A DNA stretch of 64,000 nt from an uncultured Bacteroidota bacterium (GTDB lineage Bacteria > Bacteroidota > Bacteroidia > Bacteroidales > DTGW01): the NCBI GenBank assembly GCA_963726845.1, contig CAVSGB010000262.1:6696-70695 (forward strand), in the 5' to 3' direction. Both the position numbers and the translations under genes were made by a program. The notes below the pieces were generated by a model. It did no database searches. It was not told where the DNA came from and was given only the letters and a program-made list of their open reading frames with translations. Within the stretch, counting starts at the first letter, position 1, and each line of letters starts with the position of its first letter. Positions 41,201-50,261 of this stretch are shown one piece after another.

Positions 41201-42824
41201 ACAGGCGATTATTGGATTGCAAAATCCGTTCATTCAGTGGCCTGGTTTAGCTGGAAGGTCAGTAAAGTAAACCTGGAATATTCGAAAGATAATGGGAAAA
41301 CATGGTTCTAAAATTAGATCGAATGTGCCCGTTATTAATGGAGATAATATGTACAACTGGAGTATTCCTTCGGTTTCCGGAACATTCGATTCCAAATTAA
41401 GGGTTGTTAGTACGACAAATAGTACAGTACTTGGAATGAGCAGGACTTTTACTTTGACCAATGTAGCTTCATCATTTACAGTTACCAATCCTAAGAAAGG
41501 CGATTCGAAACAAGCCGGAGTTGCAGACATTGTTAAATTTTCATACCAAGGCCCTAAGACACTTGCTAATGTATACTTCACTGTAGATTCTGGAAATACA
41601 TGGAAATTATTAGCCGATAATATTTCGATAATAAAGGGCGACACAACAATTGCAATTAAAATACCTATCGAAACCCTGGCATCGAATGGTGGTTTGATCA
41701 AAGTATTCGATACTACTGGATTAACAGGAATTAGCGAATTGTTTACAATTAAAGCTGCACCTGCAACAATTAATGTAACTTCTCCGGTTGCCAAAGCATA
41801 TTTGCTTTCAGGAAATACCCAGGCAATTTCATGGGAAGGTTATAGTGTAGACACCGTGAAAATTGAATACAGCCTTGATAATGGCACAACATGGTTACCT
41901 ATTCAGTCAAAGGTTGTTTCAACAAATGGAATTAATTCTTTTAACTGGAATGTAGTTAGTGTAACAGAAGCTAAGAAGGCTAGTTTAATACGAATTTCCA
42001 GTTTAGCTGATAATACTTCAGGTAAGAGTGCAATATTTACCATTAGCAACACGTATCCTTCTACCGATGCACGCCTGACAGAAATTGCAGTCAACGGGAA
42101 AATCATCGCTACTTTTGATGCTGAAACTTTATCTTATGATTTCAAAGTTCCATACTCAATTATATATGCGCCTAAAGTTTCGGTAAAGACATCGGGTTCC
42201 GCGGCTAAATATTCAATCAAAAATGTAGCTAAATTTAATGGTTCGACTGCAATTACTGTAACAGCAGAAGATGGCATTACAATGAGGACGTACTTTGTCA
42301 ATTTCTATAAGGATAAAGCATCATCGAATGCATCACTTGCTGACTTAAAAGTAAATGGGAAAACTATTTCCAGCTTTAAACCAACTACACATATTTACAA
42401 TGTAATATTACCGGCAGGTACGACTGTAGTTCCTGCAATAGTTGGTGCAGTGGCAGATACAACTGCAAAAATTGTAGTAAACAATGCCACATTAAACGGC
42501 AAAACTACAATTGTTGTTACAGCTGAAGATGGAGTAACAAAAGCAACTTATGAAATTGATTTCTCAGTAGCTGTTGATGTAGAGTTAGTTGCTGCCAATC
42601 CGATTAGTATTTATCCTAACCCGGTAATTGATAACCTTATCATTGCAAATGCTGAAAATTCTAAAATATTTATTTATAACCTAAATGGTCAAACGATCAA
42701 GGCAATAAACAATATAGATAAATTTGTTTCGATTAATTTCAGTTCATTCGAGCCCGGAGCCTATATTCTAAGGATAGTTAAGGGTGATGCCGTAACTGAA
42801 AGAAAAGTAATAAAATTGAAGTAG
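32217..42824 (+). CDS. giant (about 3,500 aa) T9SS-sorted multidomain surface protein, frame broken twice (32217..33557 / 33470..41311 / 41292..42824)
   Basis: Domain order: signal peptide; CUB-like domain; four Fn3-like modules each ending G-C-[ST]-x-x-[ST]-F-T-T; NHL-type beta-propeller (about 33790..34550); 25 tandem ~100-aa modules with Asp-box SxDxGxTW; two cadherin-like beta-sandwich modules (..LTEIAVNGKII.., ..LADLKVNGKTI..); Por CTD (SIYPNPVIDNLII..IYNLNGQTI..GAYILRIV). The sequence continues across both junctions in shifted frames (..GCSTY/PFTTAVALPNCAGKP.. and ..EYSKDNGKTW/SKIRSNVPVINGDN..). Confidence 0.9.
34555..42050 (+). repeat. coding tandem repeat: 25 modules of about 300 nt alternating between two subtypes (A/B), inside the giant gene
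   Basis: The motif Y-S-x-D-x-G-x-T-W (for example DYSVDGGTTW, DYSLDGGTTW, DYSTDNGKTW, QYSMDAGSTW, EYSLDNGTTW) recurs about every 100 aa. Even-numbered modules start ..PNGGE... Divergent at the DNA level. Confidence 0.85.
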
Positions 42825-42834
42825 CAACTAATTC

Positions 42835-42867
42835 AAAAAAGGCCTCAGTAAAACGGGGCCTTTTTTT
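42835..42867 (+). terminator. rho-independent terminator after the giant gene
   Basis: AAAAAA-GGCCTC-agtaaaac-GGGGCC-TTTTTTT, 11 nt after the stop codon. Confidence 0.8.
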
Positions 42868-42933
42868 ATTTACTATTTTCAAATAATTGGATTATTGTTT
42901 CAATTTATATATTTTTGTTTAAAAGCAAAAAAA

Positions 42934-43689
42934 ATGCTTCGAAAAAACATCTTTAGATTTACTTTGGCTTTTAGTGTAGTTTTGCTTGCAGTTTGTTCAA
43001 GTTCATGTTTTTATTGCATTGGCGGAAGCAATGTTGTAAGAACTGAAAACAGGACAAGCCAGGTTACAACTTTTAATGAGATAGAGTTGCGTGGCGACTT
43101 TGACATTAATTTTGAGCAAGATACTATTGATAATTATGAAGTATTGGTTGAAGGCGATGATAATATAATTCCTTATATATCTACAATAGTCCAGGGGAAT
43201 AGATTGATAATTGAGTACAATACAAGCAAATGTTTTAATCATTCAAACGATATTGATATTAATATTAAAGCCAGGGATTTATCAAAACTAATTATTAGTG
43301 GTTCCGGAAATGCATATAGCAATAAATTAATTACTAATACACTTGACCTTCAAATATCTGGTTCAGGTAATATTAACTTTAGAAACGATACACTACAAAC
43401 ACTTAGTACCAATATTTCAGGTTCTGGTAATATAACATTGAATGGCACAACGAAAAGCTCAGAATTGAATATTAGCGGTTCTGGCTCTTTTGGAGGTTTT
43501 GAATTATTGCAAGGTACATGCAATGCCACCATTTCTGGTTCAGGAAGTATGGAAATATCATTTACCGATCAGTTAAATGCAAATATTTCGGGCAGTGGCT
43601 GTATATATTACAATGGCGATCCAAATCATTTAAAAACTAATATAAATGGAAGTGGGAGAGTAGTTCATTACCAAAATTCTAAAAAGTAA
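42934..43689 (+). CDS. DUF2807 (GIN-domain, putative autotransporter-adhesin head) lipoprotein
   Basis: The signal/lipobox is MLRKNIFRFTLAFSVVLLAVCSSSC. ISGSGN repeats are present (ISGSGNAYS, ISGSGNINF, ISGSGNITL, ISGSGSFGG, ISGSGSMEI, ISGSGCIYY). Confidence 0.8.
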   Translation: MLRKNIFRFTLAFSVVLLAVCSSSCFYCIGGSNVVRTENRTSQVTTFNEIELRGDFDINFEQDTIDNYEVLVEGDDNIIPYISTIVQGNRLIIEYNTSKCFNHSNDIDINIKARDLSKLIISGSGNAYSNKLITNTLDLQISGSGNINFRNDTLQTLSTNISGSGNITLNGTTKSSELNISGSGSFGGFELLQGTCNATISGSGSMEISFTDQLNANISGSGCIYYNGDPNHLKTNINGSGRVVHYQNSKK

Positions 43690-43789
43690 GGTTTTTCTTA
43701 TGTATAATATAATAAATTTAGCCTATTCATTTTCTATTAAATGAATTTGATTTTTATATAAATTAATTTTCTTTAAGTGTTCTCCTTTT

Positions 43790-44308
43790 ATGTGCAAAAA
43801 AGTAAGTTACCTATTTATTGTAAATATATTTTTAATCAATTTAACTCAACCTTTGGCAGCTCAGGATGCTAATTACAGCTTGGGACTCAGAAGTGGTTCA
43901 ACAAGTGGAGTTACAATCAGGCAATATACAAAAGAAAATACTGGATTGGAAGGCATATTATCATTTAACACCAACAGTTTTAAAGTAACATTTTTAAAAG
44001 AAGCATACAACGAATCAGATATCGCTTTCTCAAATCATTTTTTCTTCGTTAAAGGTTTGGGTGGCCATGCAGGTTACATGAATACTGACCATTATACTTT
44101 TTTGGGGCACACATATTACAGGGAAGGTGGCAGTATGACTGTTCCAATTGTCGGAATGGATGCACTTGCCGGTTTTGAATACAGGATGATTATTTTTCCG
44201 CTGATTTTTGGAATTGACTGGAAACCTTATTTTGAATTTTCAACTTTTCAGATATTCAATATGGACCCTTGGGATATCGGTTTTTATATAAAGCTTTCAT
44301 TAAAATGA
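43790..44308 (+). CDS. hypothetical secreted protein, outer-membrane beta-barrel-like
   Basis: 172 aa with a signal peptide ending ..PLAAQ. It has alternating aromatic/glycine strands and a C-terminal ..GFYIKLSLK. Confidence 0.45.
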   Translation: MCKKVSYLFIVNIFLINLTQPLAAQDANYSLGLRSGSTSGVTIRQYTKENTGLEGILSFNTNSFKVTFLKEAYNESDIAFSNHFFFVKGLGGHAGYMNTDHYTFLGHTYYREGGSMTVPIVGMDALAGFEYRMIIFPLIFGIDWKPYFEFSTFQIFNMDPWDIGFYIKLSLK

Positions 44309-44402
44309 AATGTCGTTTATAAAATTTAAGTACTGAATTCTAATATATAAAAGCAATAATACCTGAGTTACAAATTGCACGTGCTTTAAATAACTACAAA
44401 AA

Positions 44403-44996
44403 ATGAAAAAATTATTGATTTCAGTTTTTATGCTTACTCTATCCTTAAGCATATTTTCACAGAAAGAAGAGCAGGAAGATTTTAAAACTATACTTGGCGA
44501 AAGGGGCACAAATGGCGGATACGGAGGATTCTCATTTGGATATGCTTCGATTGCCGGCAGTGATGCAGCTATTTTTGGCGGTCAGGGGGCATGGATACTA
44601 AATCATTACCTTTCAATCGGGATAGCTGGAAGTGGTTTTGCAACTGATTTTAAAAGTGATACAACAAACCTGGTAGGGGGTTATGGTGGCCTTTTACTTG
44701 AACCTATTATACTGCCATTATTTCCTGTGCATCTCTCATTGCCTATACTATTGGGTGCAGGTGGTATTGCGAAAACAAAAACTTATTATTATAGCAACAA
44801 TTCTTATGTCGTAGATTCTGACCCATTCTTTTTTGTCAGGCCCGGAGCAGAAATAGAACTGAACCTGACCCGTCACATGCGCCTGGCTTTGGGTGCATAT
44901 TACATGTACACAAGCAGGCTTACCGTTTTAGGTATATCAAAAACTGCACTTAACAATTTTTCAGGGGCTGTTACCCTGAAGTTTGGTAAATTCTAA
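44403..44996 (+). CDS. hypothetical secreted glycine-rich protein (beta-barrel-like)
   Basis: 197 aa with a signal peptide MKKLLISVFMLTLSLSIFSQ. It has GGYGG/GxG-rich hydrophobic segments and a terminal ..VTLKFGKF. Confidence 0.45.
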   Translation: MKKLLISVFMLTLSLSIFSQKEEQEDFKTILGERGTNGGYGGFSFGYASIAGSDAAIFGGQGAWILNHYLSIGIAGSGFATDFKSDTTNLVGGYGGLLLEPIILPLFPVHLSLPILLGAGGIAKTKTYYYSNNSYVVDSDPFFFVRPGAEIELNLTRHMRLALGAYYMYTSRLTVLGISKTALNNFSGAVTLKFGKF

Positions 44997-45187
44997 TTCT
45001 TCTTAGTATTTTTATAAATTAAAAACGAACCAAGTATAATTGCCCCAATTGCAGTAAGTAAACCTTTTTTATTTGAAGATGAAACAGGTTGATTGTTGCC
45101 TAATTGTTTTCCAATAAAATAAACAACATAACCCACCCCAAGTATTATCAGGGTAATTCCTGATCCTAATATTATAAACTTAATCAT
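44993..45187 (-). CDS. small membrane protein (two predicted TM helices)
   Basis: 64 aa: MIKFIILGSGITLIILGVGYVVYFIG.. and ..LLTAIGAIILGSFLIY... Confidence 0.4.
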   Translation of the reverse strand: MIKFIILGSGITLIILGVGYVVYFIGKQLGNNQPVSSSNKKGLLTAIGAIILGSFLIYKNTKKN

Positions 45188-45343
45188 AATTAAATTTTAT
45201 CCAAAAATTACAAGTAATCAAATTGTAGTCTTGTTAATGGTATTAATCAGGTGCAAAAGTAATTCAAAAAATTTGATAAAAATTATTAATATTCTGAACA
45301 ATAAGACGACTTTTGCAGCTTATTATTTGTATGTTAAAATATT

Positions 45344-46216
45344 ATGTCCCATAAATCAGGATTTGTAAATATTATCGGGAAACCCAATGTCGGGAAGTCG
45401 ACATTAATGAATGCTTTTGTCGGTGAGAAACTTTCAATTGTTACACCCAAGATACAAACCACACGGCATCGTATCATGGGAATTGTTAATGGAGAGGAAT
45501 ATCAGGTAGTTTTTTCCGATACACCTGGAATACTAAAGCCTAAATACAGGCTACAGGAAAAAATGATGGGGTTCGTGGAATCAGCATTTGAAGATGCGGA
45601 TATTATGGTAATACTGACTGAAAAGGATGACAAATTTGATACTGATGAATTTTTCGAAAAGATAAATAAATTAGATTTGCCATTATTGCTTGCGATAAAT
45701 AAAGCTGATTTGTCCGATCAGGAAGAAATGGTTGTATTGATAGAACTTTGGAAAAAACGTTTGCCAAAGGCTGAGGTATTTGTAATTTCTGCACTTAAAA
45801 ATTATAATGTCCAGGGGCTATTCAACAGGATACTTGAATTGTTGCCTGAAAACCCGCCATTTTACCCAAAAGATGATTTATCCGATAGGAACGTCCGTTT
45901 TTTTGTTACTGAAATTATCCGTGAAAAAATTTTATTTAATTATCAAAAAGAAATTCCTTATTCGGTTGAAATTACCATAGATTCATACCAGGAAGGGGAG
46001 AAGCTCGACAGGATTTCGGTGATCATTTATGTTGAACGGGATTCGCAAAAAGGAATTTTAATTGGTCATAAAGGCGAATCGTTAAAAAGGATTGGCATCC
46101 AGGCCCGAAAAGATATTGAAAAATTTGTCGGGAAACAGGTTTTCCTGGAAATGTTTGTTAAAGTGAAAAAAGATTGGCGTGATAGCGAAAGCCTGCTTAA
46201 AGGGTTTGGATATTAA
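45344..46216 (+). CDS. era: GTPase Era
   Basis: 290 aa with G1 GKPNVGKSTLMN, G3 DTPG and G4 NKAD, plus a C-terminal KH domain (..VERDSQKGILIGHKGESLKRIG..). Confidence 0.95.
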   Translation: MSHKSGFVNIIGKPNVGKSTLMNAFVGEKLSIVTPKIQTTRHRIMGIVNGEEYQVVFSDTPGILKPKYRLQEKMMGFVESAFEDADIMVILTEKDDKFDTDEFFEKINKLDLPLLLAINKADLSDQEEMVVLIELWKKRLPKAEVFVISALKNYNVQGLFNRILELLPENPPFYPKDDLSDRNVRFFVTEIIREKILFNYQKEIPYSVEITIDSYQEGEKLDRISVIIYVERDSQKGILIGHKGESLKRIGIQARKDIEKFVGKQVFLEMFVKVKKDWRDSESLLKGFGY

Positions 46217-46232
46217 AGAAATGGAGCCGAAA

Positions 46233-46330
46233 TCCGGTCTCTGGTCTCTTGTTTCCGGTTTCCTGACTCCTGTCTCCAGTTTCCTGACTTCTGACTCCAG
46301 TTTCCAGTTTCCAGTTTCCGGTCTCCGTTT
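46233..46330. repeat. tandem heptamer array TCCNGNY-type, 14 in-phase units
   Basis: TCCGGTC TCTGGTC TCTTGTT TCCGGTT TCCTGAC TCCTGTC TCCAGTT TCCTGAC TTCTGAC TCCAGTT x3 TCCGGTC TCCGTTT. It fills the convergent era/ftsZ gap and ends at the base before the ftsZ stop codon. Confidence 0.95.
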
Positions 46331-47785
46331 TTAATCTACATTATTATTGAGATATGGATTTTCAGGCCTTAACAATATTTTTCTTTCATCATCATCAATT
46401 AGCGTGAATTTTGAAATATCTGAATTGGCAGGGGTTTTCAAGTCATCAAAATTAACTTTCTTCCTTACATAAGCTGGTTGGTTTTCCATATCATCAATAA
46501 AATTTGTATCTCCCAAACCGGTTGTTAAATCTTTCTGGCGCGATTGATTTTTCTTCAATTCGTTCAACCTTTCATTTGATTTCGTTTTATTGATTTTAAC
46601 ATCGATATTATCGGGGCTGAAATTTTCTTCGGAATATGATGCGTTTGAAGACGATACAAAATCTAATTCAAGTTTCCGTTGGCGGGACTGTTCGGAATTT
46701 TCTTTCGTTTTAACTTCAAACATGCTGCTTGCATTAACCGTTTTGTGAGGCCTGTCTTCTGCAAGAGGAACATTAACAATCTGACGCTTACGATTATATA
46801 ATTCCGGAATTGAATTGGACTCAAACCCTGTGGCAATAATAGTTACACTAATCTTCCCACCTAAAGAAGGTTCATTTCCTGTTCCCCAAATCATAAGCGA
46901 ATCTTTGGCCACAGCACTTGTAACGAAATCAGTAATTATTCCAACTTCATCCATCGATACTTCTTCATCGCCTGATGTTATATTGAGCAAAATATTTTTT
47001 GCGCCGCGAATGTCGTTGTTATTTAAAAGTGGTGAATTTAATGCTTGTTGAATGGCATCGTGGGCACGGTTTTCACCTTCAGCAACTGCCGATCCCATAA
47101 TTGCCACTCCGCTATTGCTCATAACTGTTTGCACATCGGCAAAGTCAACATTGATATAGCCATGAACGGTTATAATTTCTGCAATTCCCTTTGCCGCTGT
47201 AGTTAGCACGTTGTCTGCACGTTTAAAGGCTTCTGAAAGTTTTTGGTCACCATACATTTCGCGTAGTTTCTCATTATGGATGACAAGCAGGGAATCGACA
47301 TAATTGCGTATTTCATTTATCCCTTCTATTGCCTGGTTAATACGCTGATGTCCTTCGAAACGGAATGGTACAGTAACAATAGCAACTGTAAGAATGCCCA
47401 TTTCTTTTGCAGTTTTAGCAATAACCGGCGCAGCGCCAGTTCCTGTACCACCTCCCATTCCAGCAGTTATAAAAACCATCTTGGTATTTGACGACAACAA
47501 ATCAATTACATCCTGTAAGTTTTCAATTGCCGATTGTCTGCCAATATCTGGTTTATTGCCAGCTCCCCGGCCTTCGGTGAGAGAGTTGCCAAGCTGAATT
47601 TTAACTGGTACCGGACTGTTTGCCAATGCCTGGGCATCGGTATTACAAACTACAAAATCGACATCTTTTATGCCCGACCGGTACATGTGGTTTACCGCGT
47701 TGCTTCCACCGCCTCCTACACCAATAACTTTAATTATGGAGGATTTGTGTTTTTGCAAATCAAAAGGAATTAAATCGTCTATCAT
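46331..47785 (-). CDS. ftsZ: cell division protein FtsZ
   Basis: Signature motifs are IKVIGVGGGGSNAVNHM and GMGGGTGTGAAPVIA. The listed ORF is open to 48010, but the canonical N-terminus MIDDLIPFDLQKHKSSIIKVIG starts at the ATG at 47785. Confidence 0.93.
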   Translation of the reverse strand: MIDDLIPFDLQKHKSSIIKVIGVGGGGSNAVNHMYRSGIKDVDFVVCNTDAQALANSPVPVKIQLGNSLTEGRGAGNKPDIGRQSAIENLQDVIDLLSSNTKMVFITAGMGGGTGTGAAPVIAKTAKEMGILTVAIVTVPFRFEGHQRINQAIEGINEIRNYVDSLLVIHNEKLREMYGDQKLSEAFKRADNVLTTAAKGIAEIITVHGYINVDFADVQTVMSNSGVAIMGSAVAEGENRAHDAIQQALNSPLLNNNDIRGAKNILLNITSGDEEVSMDEVGIITDFVTSAVAKDSLMIWGTGNEPSLGGKISVTIIATGFESNSIPELYNRKRQIVNVPLAEDRPHKTVNASSMFEVKTKENSEQSRQRKLELDFVSSSNASYSEENFSPDNIDVKINKTKSNERLNELKKNQSRQKDLTTGLGDTNFIDDMENQPAYVRKKVNFDDLKTPANSDISKFTLIDDDERKILLRPENPYLNNNVD

Positions 47786-48032
47786 GGTTATAAATTTTTG
47801 ATATAATTTTGAATTCTTGGTTGGATAAAAATCTATTTTTAACCTTCGTTCCTTTTTGGCGTTCCAACGGGAACCAAAAAGAACCTGGCTGAAAAAACTC
47901 GCTCCATCTCGTACCTCGACTTCGCTCAAACAGTTTTCAGCCGAAAAGGAATTGATATTTGACGCTTCGCAGTTTCTTAATAAGTTTAAATTAGATTTTT
48001 GAATTTTCATCTCTTATAATAAATAGCCGTTT

Positions 48033-49406
48033 TTACATCTTACTGTCATTTTCTTCGAACAATTCGCTAAAGGACTTTTTAAATGAATCAAAAATGCCTG
48101 GTTTGTTTTTGCCCCCTGCATTCTTTTTATTTTCATTTACTGAATTGTTCACTTCAATTTCAGCTTCTTCCTGCTTATTTGAATTTTCGCCAATCAGAAT
48201 ATCATTTTCGATTTGCTTGAAAAGTTTGTTTTCTGATATTTCTTTTCGTTCATCTATATACTCAAATCCTTTAAGTACAAGACCTACGGCAGTTGAATAC
48301 ATAGGCAGGTTAATTTCAGTTGATGCATTTACTGCCAAATGTTCGTTTGGATACCCAATCCTAACATCCATGCAGCTTCTAAATTTCACTAATTGAGGCA
48401 AATGCCTTAACATTGCGCCACCGCCTGTGATAACTATACCTGCGCTGAGTTTATCCATGTAACCTGAATTTTCAATTTCAAAAATCACCGAATCGAGAAT
48501 TTCTTCCATGCGCGATTGAATGATGTAAGCTAAACTTTTAAACGAGATTTCTTTTGGGTCGCGGCCTGCAATTCCTGCTATTGAAACAACTTTATCATCT
48601 TCGGCCATATCTCCAAGCGCCGAGCCAAACTGCATTTTCAACAGCTCGGCCTGGCGTTGAAGAATAGCGCAACCCTCTTTTATATCCTTTGTAATTACAT
48701 TTCCACCAAATGGGATAACTGCTGTATGGCGGATTATATCGTCATAATAAACTGCAATATCAGTAGTACCGCCACCTATATCGACAAGTGCAACACCAGC
48801 TTCTTTTTCATCGGCAGTGAGCACAGATTCTGACGAAGCAAGTGGTTCGAGTATCAGGTTCTTCACTTTTAAACCCACGCGGTTAACGCACTTTTCAATA
48901 TTTTTTGCAGAAGCAGTTTGTGCAATTACAATATGAAAATTTGCTTCCAGCCTTCGACCAGACATCCCAACCGGGTTCACACCTGTTTCATTGTCGACTA
49001 TATAACTTTGCGGAATAACATGGATTATTTCCTCGCCAATATCGACAGGGACTTTTCGCATATCATTTTCAAGGCTTTTAATATCGTCGCGGGTAATTTC
49101 ATATTCGTAATTATCGCGATTGATATAGCCCCGGTTTTTTATACTCCGGATATGCTGTCCGGCAATACCGACAAATACTTCCTGAAGTTTAACCCCGGCT
49201 TTTTGTTCAGCTTCCTGGACTGTTTTGGAAATGGCGGCAACTGTTTCTTCAATATTTTGCACTACACCTCGTTTCACACCTCTTGATTCTGTTTTCGACA
49301 TTGACAGTATTTCAAGTTTTCCATTGTCATTCTTCTTACCGATGACAGTTACAATTTTTGTTGTGCCAATGTCTATGGCACCAATAATTTGTTCGTTCTT
49401 TATCAT
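48033..49406 (-). CDS. ftsA: cell division protein FtsA
   Basis: Actin-like ATPase motifs are present: IGAIDIGTTKIV, ..VDIGGGTTDIAV.., ..ITGGGAML... The start at 49406 gives an ATGA overlap with the ftsQ stop; an alternative ATG is at 49427. Confidence 0.93.
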   Translation of the reverse strand: MIKNEQIIGAIDIGTTKIVTVIGKKNDNGKLEILSMSKTESRGVKRGVVQNIEETVAAISKTVQEAEQKAGVKLQEVFVGIAGQHIRSIKNRGYINRDNYEYEITRDDIKSLENDMRKVPVDIGEEIIHVIPQSYIVDNETGVNPVGMSGRRLEANFHIVIAQTASAKNIEKCVNRVGLKVKNLILEPLASSESVLTADEKEAGVALVDIGGGTTDIAVYYDDIIRHTAVIPFGGNVITKDIKEGCAILQRQAELLKMQFGSALGDMAEDDKVVSIAGIAGRDPKEISFKSLAYIIQSRMEEILDSVIFEIENSGYMDKLSAGIVITGGGAMLRHLPQLVKFRSCMDVRIGYPNEHLAVNASTEINLPMYSTAVGLVLKGFEYIDERKEISENKLFKQIENDILIGENSNKQEEAEIEVNNSVNENKKNAGGKNKPGIFDSFKKSFSELFEENDSKM

Positions 49407-50200
49407 AGTTTTTCTCGTTTTGTACAAACTACCTGGTCTTTAAATTTAAGGTTAATGGTTTTATATTGATTCCATCCAATTTCATTGAAAGCCCTGTACA
49501 TCGATTTTAATTTCCGGAATTTAATATCTATGTCGTTTGCTTTGCCAAATAAAATTATTTGAGAACCGACCCTGGGAACGAGTTCCATTTCGGAGTGGTT
49601 ATCGACATAGACCTGCTCGATTTGCGAACGCCAGAAATCATCATTATCAATGTATTTAGCGACATGATACAAATCGTAAATAATATTCGGGCGGAGGAAG
49701 CTATCCTTTTTTGAAGGGAATATTTTCCGTGGAATAGTGACATCAAATGGTTCCTCGATATTTCCATTGGCTATTAAAGTAAATGCTGCATAGTCTTTCA
49801 TTAGCGGGATTAATTGACCTGCTTCATCAATATAATAATTTTGCAGCTTTTTGTTTGTTATCCTTAATATTGGCCTTCGTTGTTGGACATAAATATTTAA
49901 CCTGCCATCAATTGTTGTATAAACTGAAGCATTTTCTACTGCCGGATTTTTATTTATTATTTGTTTTGCAATAAAAGTATTGATACTATCAATTGGCCTG
50001 CCTATATACTTCATTTTGTAACGTTCCAGCGCTTTGATGACATCTTCTTTTTGTAAAAATTTATTATAGTCTTCATCGGATATCTGTATATAAATTTTAT
50101 TACAAATAACTTTGGCATGGTTTTCTGAAATAAACCCAATTGCTATTATTAAATAACCAATCAATAATACCCAGAGTAATATGTTTTTTAGTTTATGCAT
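49403..50200 (-). CDS. ftsQ: cell division protein FtsQ (POTRA domain)
   Basis: 265 aa with an N-terminal TM helix (ILLWVLLIGYLIIAIGFI). It occupies the position between murC and ftsA. Confidence 0.8.
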   Translation of the reverse strand: MHKLKNILLWVLLIGYLIIAIGFISENHAKVICNKIYIQISDEDYNKFLQKEDVIKALERYKMKYIGRPIDSINTFIAKQIINKNPAVENASVYTTIDGRLNIYVQQRRPILRITNKKLQNYYIDEAGQLIPLMKDYAAFTLIANGNIEEPFDVTIPRKIFPSKKDSFLRPNIIYDLYHVAKYIDNDDFWRSQIEQVYVDNHSEMELVPRVGSQIILFGKANDIDIKFRKLKSMYRAFNEIGWNQYKTINLKFKDQVVCTKREKL

Positions 50201-50233
50201 TCTAAGATGTTCGATATTCGATTTTCGTCATAA

Positions 50234-50261
50234 ATAATTCATAATTCATAATTCATAATTT
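50234..50261. repeat. tandem heptamer array ATAATTC x3 + ATAATTT (same unit as 59015..59147)
   Basis: It overlaps the last codons and stop codon of murC (..KQNYEL*) and fills the murC/ftsQ spacer. Confidence 0.9.

Noticed and set aside
41234-41794. 186-aa antisense ORF inside the giant gene, and similar ORFs at 33825..34139, 37630..37962, 39773..40045 and 40759..40971
   Set aside because: They are embedded in, or antisense to, a strongly supported coding frame with clear domain repeats. They are typical shadow ORFs.
47786-48010. 75-codon N-terminal extension of the ftsZ ORF
   Set aside because: The extension has no FtsZ similarity. The canonical N-terminus (MIDDLIPFDL..IKVIGVGGGG) starts at the ATG at 47785, and the extension covers the structured ftsA/ftsZ spacer.
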